A DNA stretch of 64,000 bases from Finegoldia magna (lineage in GTDB: Bacteria; Bacillota; Clostridia; Tissierellales; Peptoniphilaceae), in assembly GCF_032482015.1 (NCBI RefSeq), contig NZ_JAWERR010000004.1. One strand, given 5' to 3'. A program made the position numbers and the translations under genes. Shown in pieces: positions 53,778-63,698 of this stretch. Within the stretch, counting starts at the first letter, position 1. Each line of letters opens with the position of its first letter. The notes under the pieces were generated by a model. The model had not been told where the DNA came from and did not search any database. It saw only the letters and a program-made list of their open reading frames with translations.

Positions 53778-54504
53778 AATTTTCCCCTTCATATAAATAA
53801 AGCGTAATAGTTATATTATCAATACCTTCGATATCATTTGCTTCATCAATCAAATTTTGAACCATTTTGTCCAAATCTGATTCTTCTTTAATAATATCAA
53901 CTATATCTTCATTTTCTAATTGTGAAGTCAAACCATCTGTACACATTAATATCAAATCACCCTTAACAAGCTCAACGTTAAAAATATCTACATCTACAGT
54001 ATCTTGAATTCCTAAAGATCTTGTAATAACATTTTTTTGTGCAAAATCAACAGCTTCTTCTTCAGTAATAGTTCCAGATGATAATAAATCATTCACAAGA
54101 GAATGGTCTACAGTTATTTGCTTTAATTCTTCATCCCTGTATAAGTACAATCTGCTATCGCCAACATTTGCAACAATAGCATTATCATCATGAATTAAAC
54201 AAGCAACTATCGTTGTGCCCATATTTCGATGTTCAGTATTATTTTCACTGTCTTTGTAAACTTCCTCATTTGCTAAAGTAATTGCTTTACGCAATGTGCT
54301 TTCGTAATCTTTTTCATTTTCGTTTTCTTTTACGTAGTCTATAACTGTTTCGACAGCTTTTTTACTTGCAACTTCACCAGCTTTATGTCCACCCATTCCA
54401 TCACACACAACAAGCAAGCTAAAATCATCTGTAATGTAATTCATATGATAATCTTCATTAAGCTTTCTTACCAATCCGATATCTGTGCTTGAAGCATATT
54501 TCAT
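53767..54504 (-). CDS. prpC: PP2C-family Ser/Thr phosphatase
   Basis: 245 aa. DGMGGH, GTT, DGLT motifs. Confidence 0.93.
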   Translation of the reverse strand: MKYASSTDIGLVRKLNEDYHMNYITDDFSLLVVCDGMGGHKAGEVASKKAVETVIDYVKENENEKDYESTLRKAITLANEEVYKDSENNTEHRNMGTTIVACLIHDDNAIVANVGDSRLYLYRDEELKQITVDHSLVNDLLSSGTITEEEAVDFAQKNVITRSLGIQDTVDVDIFNVELVKGDLILMCTDGLTSQLENEDIVDIIKEESDLDKMVQNLIDEANDIEGIDNITITLYLYEGENYDR

Positions 54505-55550
54505 TTCACACCTCTTTTAGTCATATTGTTAATTCTTAATTGTCCACAGGCTCCTTCAATATCAATGCCCTGTTTTCTTCTTATTGTAGTATTAACATTG
54601 TTTTTATTCATGTAATTCATAAATTCCATCATCTTGTTTCTATCTGGAGATTTTTGATTAAATTCTTCAATAGGATTTAATGTTATTAAGTTCAAAAGAC
54701 AATTTCTATTTTTTAATAAATCGACTAGCTTGTCCATATATTTTTTTGAATCATTTACACTTTCGATTACCGTATACTCAAATCCAATTCGCCTTTTGGT
54801 TTTATCAAAATAATAGTCACAAGCATCTAGAATTTCTTCAATTGAGTATTTGTTTCCAATAGGCATTAGCTGACTTCTCTCATTATCAGATGGATTATGA
54901 AGTGAAATAGTTATGTTTATCCCTATATTTTCATCTGCAAGTTTAATTATTTTATCTACTAATCCACATGTAGATAATGTTATATTTCGAATAGACATAT
55001 CTTGTCCTTCTTTGTCTGTAATCAAATCGATAAACCTTATAACATTATCGTAATTATCTAATGGTTCCCCTATGCCCATTAAAACCATATTATTAATTCG
55101 TATACCCAAATCATTTTCTACCAAATATATCTGAGCACACATCTCATAAGGTTGTAAATTTCTTACGAAACTTTTCTTTGTCGATGCACAAAATTTGCAT
55201 CCCATTTTACAACCAATTTGTGTTGATAAACATATTGAAGTGTGAGTTTTATATTCCATAAACACCGTTTCTACGATATTACCATCACTCAACTCTATAA
55301 GATATTTTTTCGTGTTGTCTAATTTTGAATCAATCCTTTTGATAATAGAACAATTTTTGATACTATTGTAGTTGTCTAGTTTTTCTCTTAAATCATTAGA
55401 AAAATTAGTCATATTGTTAGGATTGAATATTCTATTTTTATGAATAGCTTGAAAATACTGCAATGCTCTGAAAGATTTTTCTCCGTTATTCACAAAAAAT
55501 TCTTTCAGTTCATCGACAGTCATATTTTCCAAGACAATTTTATTTTGCAT
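54501..55550 (-). CDS. rlmN: 23S rRNA/tRNA (adenine-C2)-methyltransferase, radical SAM
   Basis: CKMGCKFC radical-SAM cluster, and C-terminal GACGQL. ATG 55550 (MQNKIV...). The track starts at TTG 55562. Confidence 0.93.
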   Translation of the reverse strand: MQNKIVLENMTVDELKEFFVNNGEKSFRALQYFQAIHKNRIFNPNNMTNFSNDLREKLDNYNSIKNCSIIKRIDSKLDNTKKYLIELSDGNIVETVFMEYKTHTSICLSTQIGCKMGCKFCASTKKSFVRNLQPYEMCAQIYLVENDLGIRINNMVLMGIGEPLDNYDNVIRFIDLITDKEGQDMSIRNITLSTCGLVDKIIKLADENIGINITISLHNPSDNERSQLMPIGNKYSIEEILDACDYYFDKTKRRIGFEYTVIESVNDSKKYMDKLVDLLKNRNCLLNLITLNPIEEFNQKSPDRNKMMEFMNYMNKNNVNTTIRRKQGIDIEGACGQLRINNMTKRGVK

Positions 55551-55599
55551 ATTATTCACCAATCTAAATTATATCAAAAATCTCAAGTTTTGTAATCTA

Positions 55600-56871
55600 T
55601 TAGTCTTTTACAAACTTTGAAATGAAAAAGCCCTGCGTTCCTTTTTGGAATGGCATAAGTTTGATAAATTCATTTTTATCTCCATAAAAATCAATATCTT
55701 CTCTTTTTAAATTTAATTTATTTTCAATATAATCCACATTTTCTTCGTTCTCTTCTTTTAAAAGAGAGCATGTAGAATATACTAAGATGCCGCCTTTTTT
55801 TAAATATTTTTCACAATTTTCAAGAATTCTTCTTTGGATTCCAACTAAATCTTCTACATCTTTTTTCGTTCTGAATAACTTTATCTCTGGATTTTTATTG
55901 ATAACACCAGTTGCAGAGCAAGGTGCATCCACAAGAATTCTATCAAATTTATTTATCAAATCTTCTTGTAAAATAGTTGCATCAAAATTCATATATTGAA
56001 CATTTTCAACTCCACATTTATATACATTCTCTTTTATTCTATCTATTTTATTATTATTAATATCATTACAGTAAATAATCGATTGATTATTTGTTATTTC
56101 TTGAATGTTGCATGATTTTGACCCAGGAGCTGCACAAATATCAAGAACTACTGAGTTCTCCATTGGCTCTAAAACATCTGCGCACAAACTACAAGAACCA
56201 TCTTGGATAATAAATTTACCTTCTTTAAATTCGTTCGTATCTATTATCGATTCAGGATTTCTTACGATAAAACTATCTTTTAAAAAAGGATGTTCTTCTA
56301 ATACGAATCCTTGCTTTTCTAAGTTAATTTTTAAATTATTTTCCTTCAATTTATTTTGTTTAATTACAAAATCAGATTTGTAAAAGAATGATTTTAAAAG
56401 TTTTTTTACAGTTTTTTTAGAATAAGATTTGTTCAACATCTTAAGTAATTCTTTGTTTATGGAGAATTTAATTTCATCTCCTAAATCTTCCTCATCCAAA
56501 TTAATCCTGCAAACCTCCCTTAGAACAGCATTAACAAAATCTTTATAATGTGTTAAGTTGTTAGCCAATTCTACTGCTTCGTCAACTACAGCATAATCAG
56601 CTGTTTTCATAAATAGTATTTCCGTAGTTGCCATTCGCAAGATTTCCAGAACAATTTTATCAAGCTTATTTAATTCCAAATCGCTGCACTTAGATATTAC
56701 ATAATCTAAGAAAAATCTATTTTCTATTTCTGTAAATACACACCTTTTAATGTACGCGATATCTCTCTTGTCCAAATCACCATAATCATAAGTCTTTAAT
56801 AATTCAGAAGAGTATCCTGATTTATTATTAATTGAATTGGTAATATTAATTATTTCGTTTCTAATATTCAT
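55600..56871 (-). CDS. rsmB: 16S rRNA (cytosine967-C5)-methyltransferase
   Basis: 423 aa. NusB-like N-terminus, DICAAPGSKS, DAPCSATG, YSTCS. Confidence 0.92.
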   Translation of the reverse strand: MNIRNEIINITNSINNKSGYSSELLKTYDYGDLDKRDIAYIKRCVFTEIENRFFLDYVISKCSDLELNKLDKIVLEILRMATTEILFMKTADYAVVDEAVELANNLTHYKDFVNAVLREVCRINLDEEDLGDEIKFSINKELLKMLNKSYSKKTVKKLLKSFFYKSDFVIKQNKLKENNLKINLEKQGFVLEEHPFLKDSFIVRNPESIIDTNEFKEGKFIIQDGSCSLCADVLEPMENSVVLDICAAPGSKSCNIQEITNNQSIIYCNDINNNKIDRIKENVYKCGVENVQYMNFDATILQEDLINKFDRILVDAPCSATGVINKNPEIKLFRTKKDVEDLVGIQRRILENCEKYLKKGGILVYSTCSLLKEENEENVDYIENKLNLKREDIDFYGDKNEFIKLMPFQKGTQGFFISKFVKD

Positions 56872-56926
56872 AATCTCTCATTTCTTTTAATTATTTTAAT
56901 TACATAATATATTTTACACTAAAACA

Positions 56927-56973
56927 GCAAAAATAAAAAAATTGAACCTAAAAGGATTAACCCTAGGTTCAAT
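56927..56973 (-). terminator. intrinsic terminator after the Zn-metallopeptidase gene
   Basis: Minus strand ATTGAACCTA-13 nt-TAGGTTCAAT followed by TTTTTTTATTTTT. Confidence 0.75.
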
Positions 56974-56985
56974 CTACATTAATTT

Positions 56986-57669
56986 TTAATCTCTATCTCT
57001 TGATATCAGTATTAATCTTACCAATTGTAACAGTGAAACCAAAGCACTTGCAATATAAGTTAATGCAGCTGCTTTTAAAACTTGTTTCGCAGGTTCTATT
57101 TCATCATCAGCCAATAGTCCATTTGATAAAGCTCGTATAGCTCTACTACTAGCATCAAACTCAACTGGCAATGTAATTAGTTGGAATAAAACGGTCGCTG
57201 AGAATAAAATAATTCCAAATTCTACTAATGGTCTCATGCTAAACATAAATCCAAGTAAAAGTAAAATCCACACTGATTTCGATGCGAAATTCACAACAGG
57301 AAACAAAGATTCTCTAAATCTCAAGAAACCATAATTTTCCTTGTCTTGAATCGCATGACCTACTTCGTGACTTGCTACAGAAACTGCAGAAATCGACTGA
57401 CTATTATAAACTGCATCTGATAAAGCCAAAACTTTTTTTGATGAATCATAGTAATCAGTCAAGCTTCCTTGAACATTTACTATTTCTATATCAGACAAAC
57501 CTTCGTAATCAAGCAAAACTCTTGCCATTTCTTTTCCAGTCAATCCTTTTGAATTTGTAATTTTCTTATACTTATCAAAAGTATGAGTGACTTTGATTTG
57601 TGAGTAAAATGCCAATATCAAAGCCGGAATCAAAAGTAGCATAGTTCTATCATAATAAAAATTAAACAA
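56986..57669 (-). CDS. membrane zinc metallopeptidase (YugP-like, HExxH)
   Basis: 227 aa. SHEVGHAIQD, with TM segments at both ends. TTG start after AGGAGGA. Confidence 0.85.
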   Translation of the reverse strand: MFNFYYDRTMLLLIPALILAFYSQIKVTHTFDKYKKITNSKGLTGKEMARVLLDYEGLSDIEIVNVQGSLTDYYDSSKKVLALSDAVYNSQSISAVSVASHEVGHAIQDKENYGFLRFRESLFPVVNFASKSVWILLLLGFMFSMRPLVEFGIILFSATVLFQLITLPVEFDASSRAIRALSNGLLADDEIEPAKQVLKAAALTYIASALVSLLQLVRLILISRDRD

Positions 57670-57678
57670 TGATTCCTC

Positions 57679-58614
57679 CTACAAAATTATTCCCTCTTCA
57701 AATGAATTTCCATTCAAATATTCGCTAACGTTAAGAGGTTTTTTATTCGGAAGTTGTAATCTTGTGATAACTATAAATCCATCTTCACAAGCAACTTTAA
57801 TCCCATTCTTATCTACTTTTACAACTTCTCCATTCTTATTATCATTATATTGTTCTATTATGTTGATATTGTGAACTTTTACAGTTTTATCGTTTAATTT
57901 GAAAAACAAACCTGGCCAAGGAGTCAGTCCTCTAAATTTATTGTAAATTACGTCTGCTTTTTCATTAAAATTAATTTCACCCATAAATTTTTGAATTTTA
58001 CCTACAGTAGATGCTTCATCTTCATTTTGTTTTTCTCTTGAATCGAAATATTTTTGGTAATCATTGATCACTTTATCGATTAAATCAGCACCCATTATCA
58101 TTAATTTATCGTGCAATTCTTCAAGCATAATTTCTTTGTTAAGCTTAATTTTATCTACAGCTAAAACATCCCCAGTATCAAGTCCTTGTTCAACTAACAT
58201 AATACTTACACCGGATTCTTTATCACCATTTAGTAAAGAATAATTTATCGGAGAAGCTCCTCTGTATTTTGGTAAAATTGATGCGTGAACATTCAAAATT
58301 TTGTTTTTAAATCTATCAAGAATTCTTTTTTTGATTAATTGACCATAAGCTACCACCACAATAAAATCAGGATTAAGTCTGTCTAATAGATCAAAGACTT
58401 CATCGTCATTTATATTTTGTGGAGTAATAACCTCTATTCCCAAATCCATAGCTCTTTTTTTAACTGCCGTAGGTGAAAACTTATTTCTATTTCGTTTTTT
58501 ATCTTGTTGTGATATCACTAATTGAATTTCGTTATTTGGGTTGTCATATAACCTTTGCAAACTCTCAACTGCAAAATCTGGAGATCCCGCAAATACAATT
58601 TTATTTTTCATCAT
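57679..58614 (-). CDS. fmt: methionyl-tRNA formyltransferase
   Basis: 311 aa. VFAGSPDFA, NVHASILPKYRGASPI. Confidence 0.95.
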   Translation of the reverse strand: MMKNKIVFAGSPDFAVESLQRLYDNPNNEIQLVISQQDKKRNRNKFSPTAVKKRAMDLGIEVITPQNINDDEVFDLLDRLNPDFIVVVAYGQLIKKRILDRFKNKILNVHASILPKYRGASPINYSLLNGDKESGVSIMLVEQGLDTGDVLAVDKIKLNKEIMLEELHDKLMIMGADLIDKVINDYQKYFDSREKQNEDEASTVGKIQKFMGEINFNEKADVIYNKFRGLTPWPGLFFKLNDKTVKVHNINIIEQYNDNKNGEVVKVDKNGIKVACEDGFIVITRLQLPNKKPLNVSEYLNGNSFEEGIIL

Positions 58615-59089
58615 TCAATCTCTCAATCTCTTCATCAGAAAGATTCAATACTTTATCTGTGTACAATACGCCATCAAGATGGTCTAATTCATGACAAAAG
58701 CAATGTGCTTTGTAATCAGTGGCAGTTTTTCTTTGAATATTTCCATCTAAATCAGTGTATTCTACAGTAACAGTCTTAGGTCTTTCAACATATCCATTTT
58801 TTCCAGGAACTGAAAGACAACCTTCAATATTAATTTGTTTCTCTTCTGATTTTTCTATTATTTTAGGATTTATCAAAACCATTTTGCCATCTTCATCTTG
58901 CATGTCTATTACTACTATCCTCTTAAGCATTCCTACTTGAACACAAGCCAATCCTATTCCTTTATTTTCATACATTGTTTCAAACATATCATCTACGATT
59001 TGTTTGATTCTATCATCTATTTTTTCAACCTCTCTTGATTTTTTTCTCAAGATTGGATCATTTTCTAATCTTATTTGTCTTAATGCCAT
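58601..59089 (-). CDS. def: peptide deformylase
   Basis: 162 aa. GIGLACVQVG, EGCLSVPG, HELDHLDG. Confidence 0.96.
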   Translation of the reverse strand: MALRQIRLENDPILRKKSREVEKIDDRIKQIVDDMFETMYENKGIGLACVQVGMLKRIVVIDMQDEDGKMVLINPKIIEKSEEKQINIEGCLSVPGKNGYVERPKTVTVEYTDLDGNIQRKTATDYKAHCFCHELDHLDGVLYTDKVLNLSDEEIERLNDEK

Positions 59090-59097
59090 TTTATCTC

Positions 59098-61467
59098 CTA
59101 AAAATAACTTTGAGGATCTAACGTTATTTTAAGTGTTATTCCCTCTAAGTTAATATTGTATTCATTATTTATCAAAACTTTTTTTATTATTTCTATTATT
59201 TTATCTTCTCCATTTGGAAATTTGTAGTACAAATCAAACCTGTACATATTATTAATTCTCTCTATTGGAGAAGGATGAGGCCCATTTATTAATGTTGTAG
59301 ATAGTTTGTATCTTCTGATAAGGGCAGCAACGTAATTTGAAACTTCATTGATTTTTTTCATAGCAACGTTTCTGTTTTTACTGGAAATATTGATATTTAA
59401 TATTCTGAAAAAAGGAGGATAATTAAATGATTTTCTTAGCTTTATCTCCTTTTCATAAAACATCTTATAATCATGAAGTGCCGCCGATGTTATAGCAAAA
59501 TTATCAGGCTTATATGTTTGAATAATCACATCTCCTTCATATTCTGCTCTTCCTGCTCTTCCAGCTACTTGAGTTATCAATTGAAAAGTTTTTTCATTAG
59601 ATTTGTAATCTCCTAAGTTCAAACTAATATCTGCAGCCATTACTCCGACTAATGTAACATTCGGAAAATCAAATCCTTTCGACAACATTTGCGTCCCGAT
59701 TAATATATCTATTTCTTGATTATTCATCATATCATAGATTTTTTTGTAATCTTTTTTTGTGTTTGTAGTGTCTCTATCCATTCGTGCAATTCGTGCATTT
59801 GGAAAAAGTTCTCTAGTTTCTTCTTCTAATTTTTGAGTACCTGCTCCAAACTCTTTTATAAATTTCGAGCCACAGTTTGGGCATACTTTCGGCTTTAGAG
59901 CTGTTCTTCCACACATGTGACAAATCAATCTATTTTTTGTTTTATGATATGTCATGGAAACATCACAGCTATCACATTTTAGTACATATCCACATCTTCT
60001 GCACGAAATAAAAGAAGTGTGACCTCTCTTGTTTAAAAACAAAATAGTTTGTTTTTTTTTGTTTAAATTTTCTTGAATTTTATTGAGTAGAACTTTACTG
60101 AACATTCTCATGTTTCCAGTTTCAAGTTCTTTTCTCATATCTACAATCTTGCATTCAACAGGGTTTGTATCATTAGCTCTTTTATTCATTTCAATAAGAT
60201 TGTACTCACCTTTTAAAGCTTTGCTGTATTCTTCAACCCCAGGAGTTGCTGAACCCAATAAAAGCTTTGCGTTATTATATTCTGCTCTAAATCTGGAAAT
60301 ATCAATAGCGTTGTATTTAGGATTTTTTTCACTTACATAACTTGTTTCATGCTCTTCATCTATGATTATCAATCCTAAATTTTTAAACGGAGAAAATACT
60401 GCACTTCTAGCTCCAACTACTATTTTATATTCTCCATTATACATTTTTCGAAATTGTTCAAATTTTTCGTTAACATTTAGCTTAGAGTGAATTATCGCAA
60501 CTTTCCCTGGAAACCTACCCTCAAACCTTTCAATAGTCTGCGGAGTCAATGATATTTCTGGAACCAGAACTATGCTATCTTTACCTTCATTTAACATTTT
60601 TTCAACCAAATGCAAATACACTTCAGTTTTACCACTACCCGTTACACCATGTAACAAATTAAATTGATTTTCTAAAATCGAATTATAAGCTTTTTCTTGC
60701 TGTGAATTTAATTTTATTTTCTTATAGGTTCTAGTATCGTCCACGACAACTCTGTCAACTTCTTTAAAATAAATTTCAACAATTTTCTTTTCTTCAAGTA
60801 CTTTTATTACGCTTGAGGTCGTATTTGTTTTCGCTAAAAGCTCACTATAAAGTATGTTCTTTTTAGTTTTTAGCATATCAACTATTTTTTGTTGAGCATT
60901 TGCTCTTTTTGAAATAACTGGATTATCGTCTATAAGTTTGACGTATTTTAATAATTTTGGAGTAATTTTTTGATCATATACTAAATCCATTTTCAAAAAA
61001 TCAGATTTTACATATTCCATTAGCTTTTTATGGCTAACATCTGAAATTTCTTTAATTTCTGAATATTCTTTCTTGGTTTTAAGAATATTGTACAAATCTT
61101 CATCTACATTCAGTAGTTTATCATTTGCAGTGAAATATTCTTTTAATTCTTCAAAGTTTCCAGGTGGCAAAATAGTTTGAAAGGCGGAGCTATAATCGCT
61201 TAAATACTTATCTACCATGAAAAAAGCCATATCAATTGATTCTTGTGTGACAATAGGATTTAAATCTATTACTGATATTATTTCTTTGTAATCAATATCT
61301 CGTTTAGGGTTATCATTAATTCTAACCACTAATGCTAATTTGTTAATATTTGATTTACCAAAAGGAACTATTACTCTCATTCCAACTTCGACATCTTCAC
61401 TTGAATAATATGAGTATAGTCTGTTAGTCATCTTTGATTTGTTTCTAAAAATAACATCAATATACAT
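59098..61467 (-). CDS. priA: primosomal replication-restart helicase PriA
   Basis: 789 aa. GVTGSGKTE, DEEH, and the Cys-rich insertion CRRCG..CDSC..CHMCG..CPNCG. Confidence 0.95.
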   Translation of the reverse strand: MYIDVIFRNKSKMTNRLYSYYSSEDVEVGMRVIVPFGKSNINKLALVVRINDNPKRDIDYKEIISVIDLNPIVTQESIDMAFFMVDKYLSDYSSAFQTILPPGNFEELKEYFTANDKLLNVDEDLYNILKTKKEYSEIKEISDVSHKKLMEYVKSDFLKMDLVYDQKITPKLLKYVKLIDDNPVISKRANAQQKIVDMLKTKKNILYSELLAKTNTTSSVIKVLEEKKIVEIYFKEVDRVVVDDTRTYKKIKLNSQQEKAYNSILENQFNLLHGVTGSGKTEVYLHLVEKMLNEGKDSIVLVPEISLTPQTIERFEGRFPGKVAIIHSKLNVNEKFEQFRKMYNGEYKIVVGARSAVFSPFKNLGLIIIDEEHETSYVSEKNPKYNAIDISRFRAEYNNAKLLLGSATPGVEEYSKALKGEYNLIEMNKRANDTNPVECKIVDMRKELETGNMRMFSKVLLNKIQENLNKKKQTILFLNKRGHTSFISCRRCGYVLKCDSCDVSMTYHKTKNRLICHMCGRTALKPKVCPNCGSKFIKEFGAGTQKLEEETRELFPNARIARMDRDTTNTKKDYKKIYDMMNNQEIDILIGTQMLSKGFDFPNVTLVGVMAADISLNLGDYKSNEKTFQLITQVAGRAGRAEYEGDVIIQTYKPDNFAITSAALHDYKMFYEKEIKLRKSFNYPPFFRILNINISSKNRNVAMKKINEVSNYVAALIRRYKLSTTLINGPHPSPIERINNMYRFDLYYKFPNGEDKIIEIIKKVLINNEYNINLEGITLKITLDPQSYF

Positions 61468-61473
61468 GTTTAC

Positions 61474-62640
61474 CTACTTTATCAAATCCAATATCTTATC
61501 TGCGATATTTAACTTTGTGTCCTTATCAATTTCTAATATATTATCTCTACTGATTACAGTTACCTTATTATATTCTGAATTAAATCCGATGTCTTTTTTT
61601 GATACATCGTTTAATACTATAAAATCTAGATTTTTTTTATCTAACTTTTTCTTAGCATTTTCTAATAAATTATTTGTTTCTGCGGCAAATCCAATAAAGA
61701 TTTGATTATCTTTTTTATTTAATGATTTTAAAATATCTGGGTTTTCTTCTAATTCTAAAGAATTAATGCCATCTTGTTTTTTTATTTTTAAATCTTTTCT
61801 GTTCTTTACTTTAAAATCACTTACAGCTGCCGCCATAATTAAACAGTCAAAGTCGCCAATATAACTTTCTATTTTTTCTTTCATTTCAATTGCAGACTCC
61901 ACTTTTATGTTTTCAATACCATATGGATTTTCTGCCGTTGTTTTCCCAGAAATAATTGTTACATCGGCTCCTCTCATAAAAGCTTTCTTAGCAATCGAAT
62001 ATCCCATTTTCCCACTGGAATCATTCGTTATATATCGTACAGGATCAATTCTTTCAACTGTTGCTCCTGCAGTAATCAAAATTTTCTTACCTTGTAAATC
62101 TTTTTCGCAAAAGTATTTTTCAACTTCTTCAACAATTTCCCAAGGTTCTTTTAATCTTCCGTTTCCTTTTGTATTACAAGCTAGCATTCCACTATTTGAA
62201 TCTACAATTAAGTGTTTTTTTTGTTTCAAATCTTCTATGTTTTTTTGTGTCGCAGGATTATTCAACATATTGGTATTCATACTTACACAAAACATTATTG
62301 GCTTGGTATATGCTAGCGCAGTAGATGATAACAAATCGTCTGCGATACCATAATTTATTTTAGCCATAGTATTTGCACTAGCAGGTGCAATCAAAAACAA
62401 ATCCGCCCATTTTGCAAGCTCTATATGTTCAACAACCTTGTGTGAATTATTATGAAACATTTTGTTTTTAACATCGCATTTGCCAATTGTTTCAAAAGTC
62501 ATTGGACTTACAAATTCACAAGCTGAATCAGTCATAATTATTTTGATATTATAGTCAAGTTTTTTTAGTCTACTTACAACATCTACAACCTTGTAAATAG
62601 CAATTCCTCCAGTAACACCTAAAAGAATATTTTTACTCAT
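61474..62640 (-). CDS. coaBC: bifunctional phosphopantothenoylcysteine decarboxylase/synthetase
   Basis: 388 aa. Flavoprotein N-terminus (LGVTGGIAIYK, PASANT) and CoaB C-terminus (ITNDSSGKMG). Confidence 0.94.
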   Translation of the reverse strand: MSKNILLGVTGGIAIYKVVDVVSRLKKLDYNIKIIMTDSACEFVSPMTFETIGKCDVKNKMFHNNSHKVVEHIELAKWADLFLIAPASANTMAKINYGIADDLLSSTALAYTKPIMFCVSMNTNMLNNPATQKNIEDLKQKKHLIVDSNSGMLACNTKGNGRLKEPWEIVEEVEKYFCEKDLQGKKILITAGATVERIDPVRYITNDSSGKMGYSIAKKAFMRGADVTIISGKTTAENPYGIENIKVESAIEMKEKIESYIGDFDCLIMAAAVSDFKVKNRKDLKIKKQDGINSLELEENPDILKSLNKKDNQIFIGFAAETNNLLENAKKKLDKKNLDFIVLNDVSKKDIGFNSEYNKVTVISRDNILEIDKDTKLNIADKILDLIK

Positions 62641-62830
62641 TTGATTTGTTTTCCCAAACCTTTTTTTCCATAACTTCTTCTAAAGCTGTAGTAACTGGTT
62701 GAGCTTTTGCTTTCTTTAGTTTTGTGTCTTTGCCATCTATTAACATTCTTGCTCTTTTACTTACCATTACACAAAGTGCATATCTACTATTATTTATTTC
62801 TGATAATTTTTTAAATGATGGATTAATCAT
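62633..62830 (-). CDS. rpoZ: RNA polymerase subunit omega
   Basis: 65 aa. NSRYALCVMVSKRARML. Confidence 0.9.
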   Translation of the reverse strand: MINPSFKKLSEINNSRYALCVMVSKRARMLIDGKDTKLKKAKAQPVTTALEEVMEKKVWENKSNE

Positions 62831-63410
62831 ATTTTTCTCCTTTTACAACTCTAAATTTTTCTGCATCAATTATAGTTTCAATATTTTTTACAGTTTCATC
62901 AACATTTTCATTGATAACTGCATAATCATATTCATCAATAAAACTCAATTCTTTCTTGGCGTTTTGCATTCTAATATTAATTGTTTCTTCATCTTCTGTA
63001 TTTCTACCTTCAATTCTTCTCCTAAGTTCAATCAAATCCGGTGGAAGAATGAATACAAAAACAGCTTCAGGATAGTTTTCTTTTACTTTTAATGCTCCTT
63101 GAACATCAATTTCCAGAATAACTATTTCTCCTTTATTTATTTGATCAAAAACAAATGATTTTGGAGTTCCATAATAGTTATTATGCACATTAGCATATTC
63201 AATGAAATCTCCTTGTTCGATTTTCTTCTTAAACTCATCTAAACCCAAAAAATAATAATTTTCTCCGTCTACTTCGTAAGGCCTCTTCTTCCTTGTTGTA
63301 GCGGATACAGAATATACAATATCATTTTTTTGTGATATTAATTTTTCACAAACAGTTCCTTTACCAACTCCCGATGGGCCAGAAACAACTAATAAAAATC
63401 CGTCTCTCAT
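62823..63410 (-). CDS. gmk: guanylate kinase
   Basis: 195 aa. VVSGPSGVGKGT, SATTRKKRPYEVDGENYYF. Confidence 0.96.
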   Translation of the reverse strand: MRDGFLLVVSGPSGVGKGTVCEKLISQKNDIVYSVSATTRKKRPYEVDGENYYFLGLDEFKKKIEQGDFIEYANVHNNYYGTPKSFVFDQINKGEIVILEIDVQGALKVKENYPEAVFVFILPPDLIELRRRIEGRNTEDEETINIRMQNAKKELSFIDEYDYAVINENVDETVKNIETIIDAEKFRVVKGEKYD

Positions 63411-63411
63411 T

Positions 63412-63663
63412 TTAATCTTCCTTATTATTTGATTTATCTAATCTCATTTGTAAAGTCTCTGGTTGAAGACAACTCAACACAACATGACTTGAATCCATAA
63501 TTATTACACTCCTGGTTTTTCTTCCAAAAGTAACGTCTATGAGACTATTATCTTCTTTTGCTTTTTGAACAATTCTTTTAATTGGATTTGTTTCAGGACT
63601 AACAATTGCAATAATTCTGTTGCTATTAACTAAATTTGAAAAACCTATACCTAAACTTTCCAT
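63412..63663 (-). CDS. remA: RemA/DUF370 family regulator
   Basis: [30 protein letters not shown] 63663 (MESLGIGF...) or upstream TTG 63678 as in the track. The start is uncertain. Confidence 0.85.
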   Translation of the reverse strand: MESLGIGFSNLVNSNRIIAIVSPETNPIKRIVQKAKEDNSLIDVTFGRKTRSVIIMDSSHVVLSCLQPETLQMRLDKSNNKED

Positions 63664-63670
63664 TTTCCCT

Positions 63671-63698
63671 CTATTCAATATTTTCTATTCAATATTTT
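63671..63698. repeat. perfect 14-bp tandem duplication at the yicC/remA junction
   Basis: CTATTCAATATTTT occurs twice back to back (63671..63684, 63685..63698). The second copy holds the last yicC codons and stop. Confidence 0.95.
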
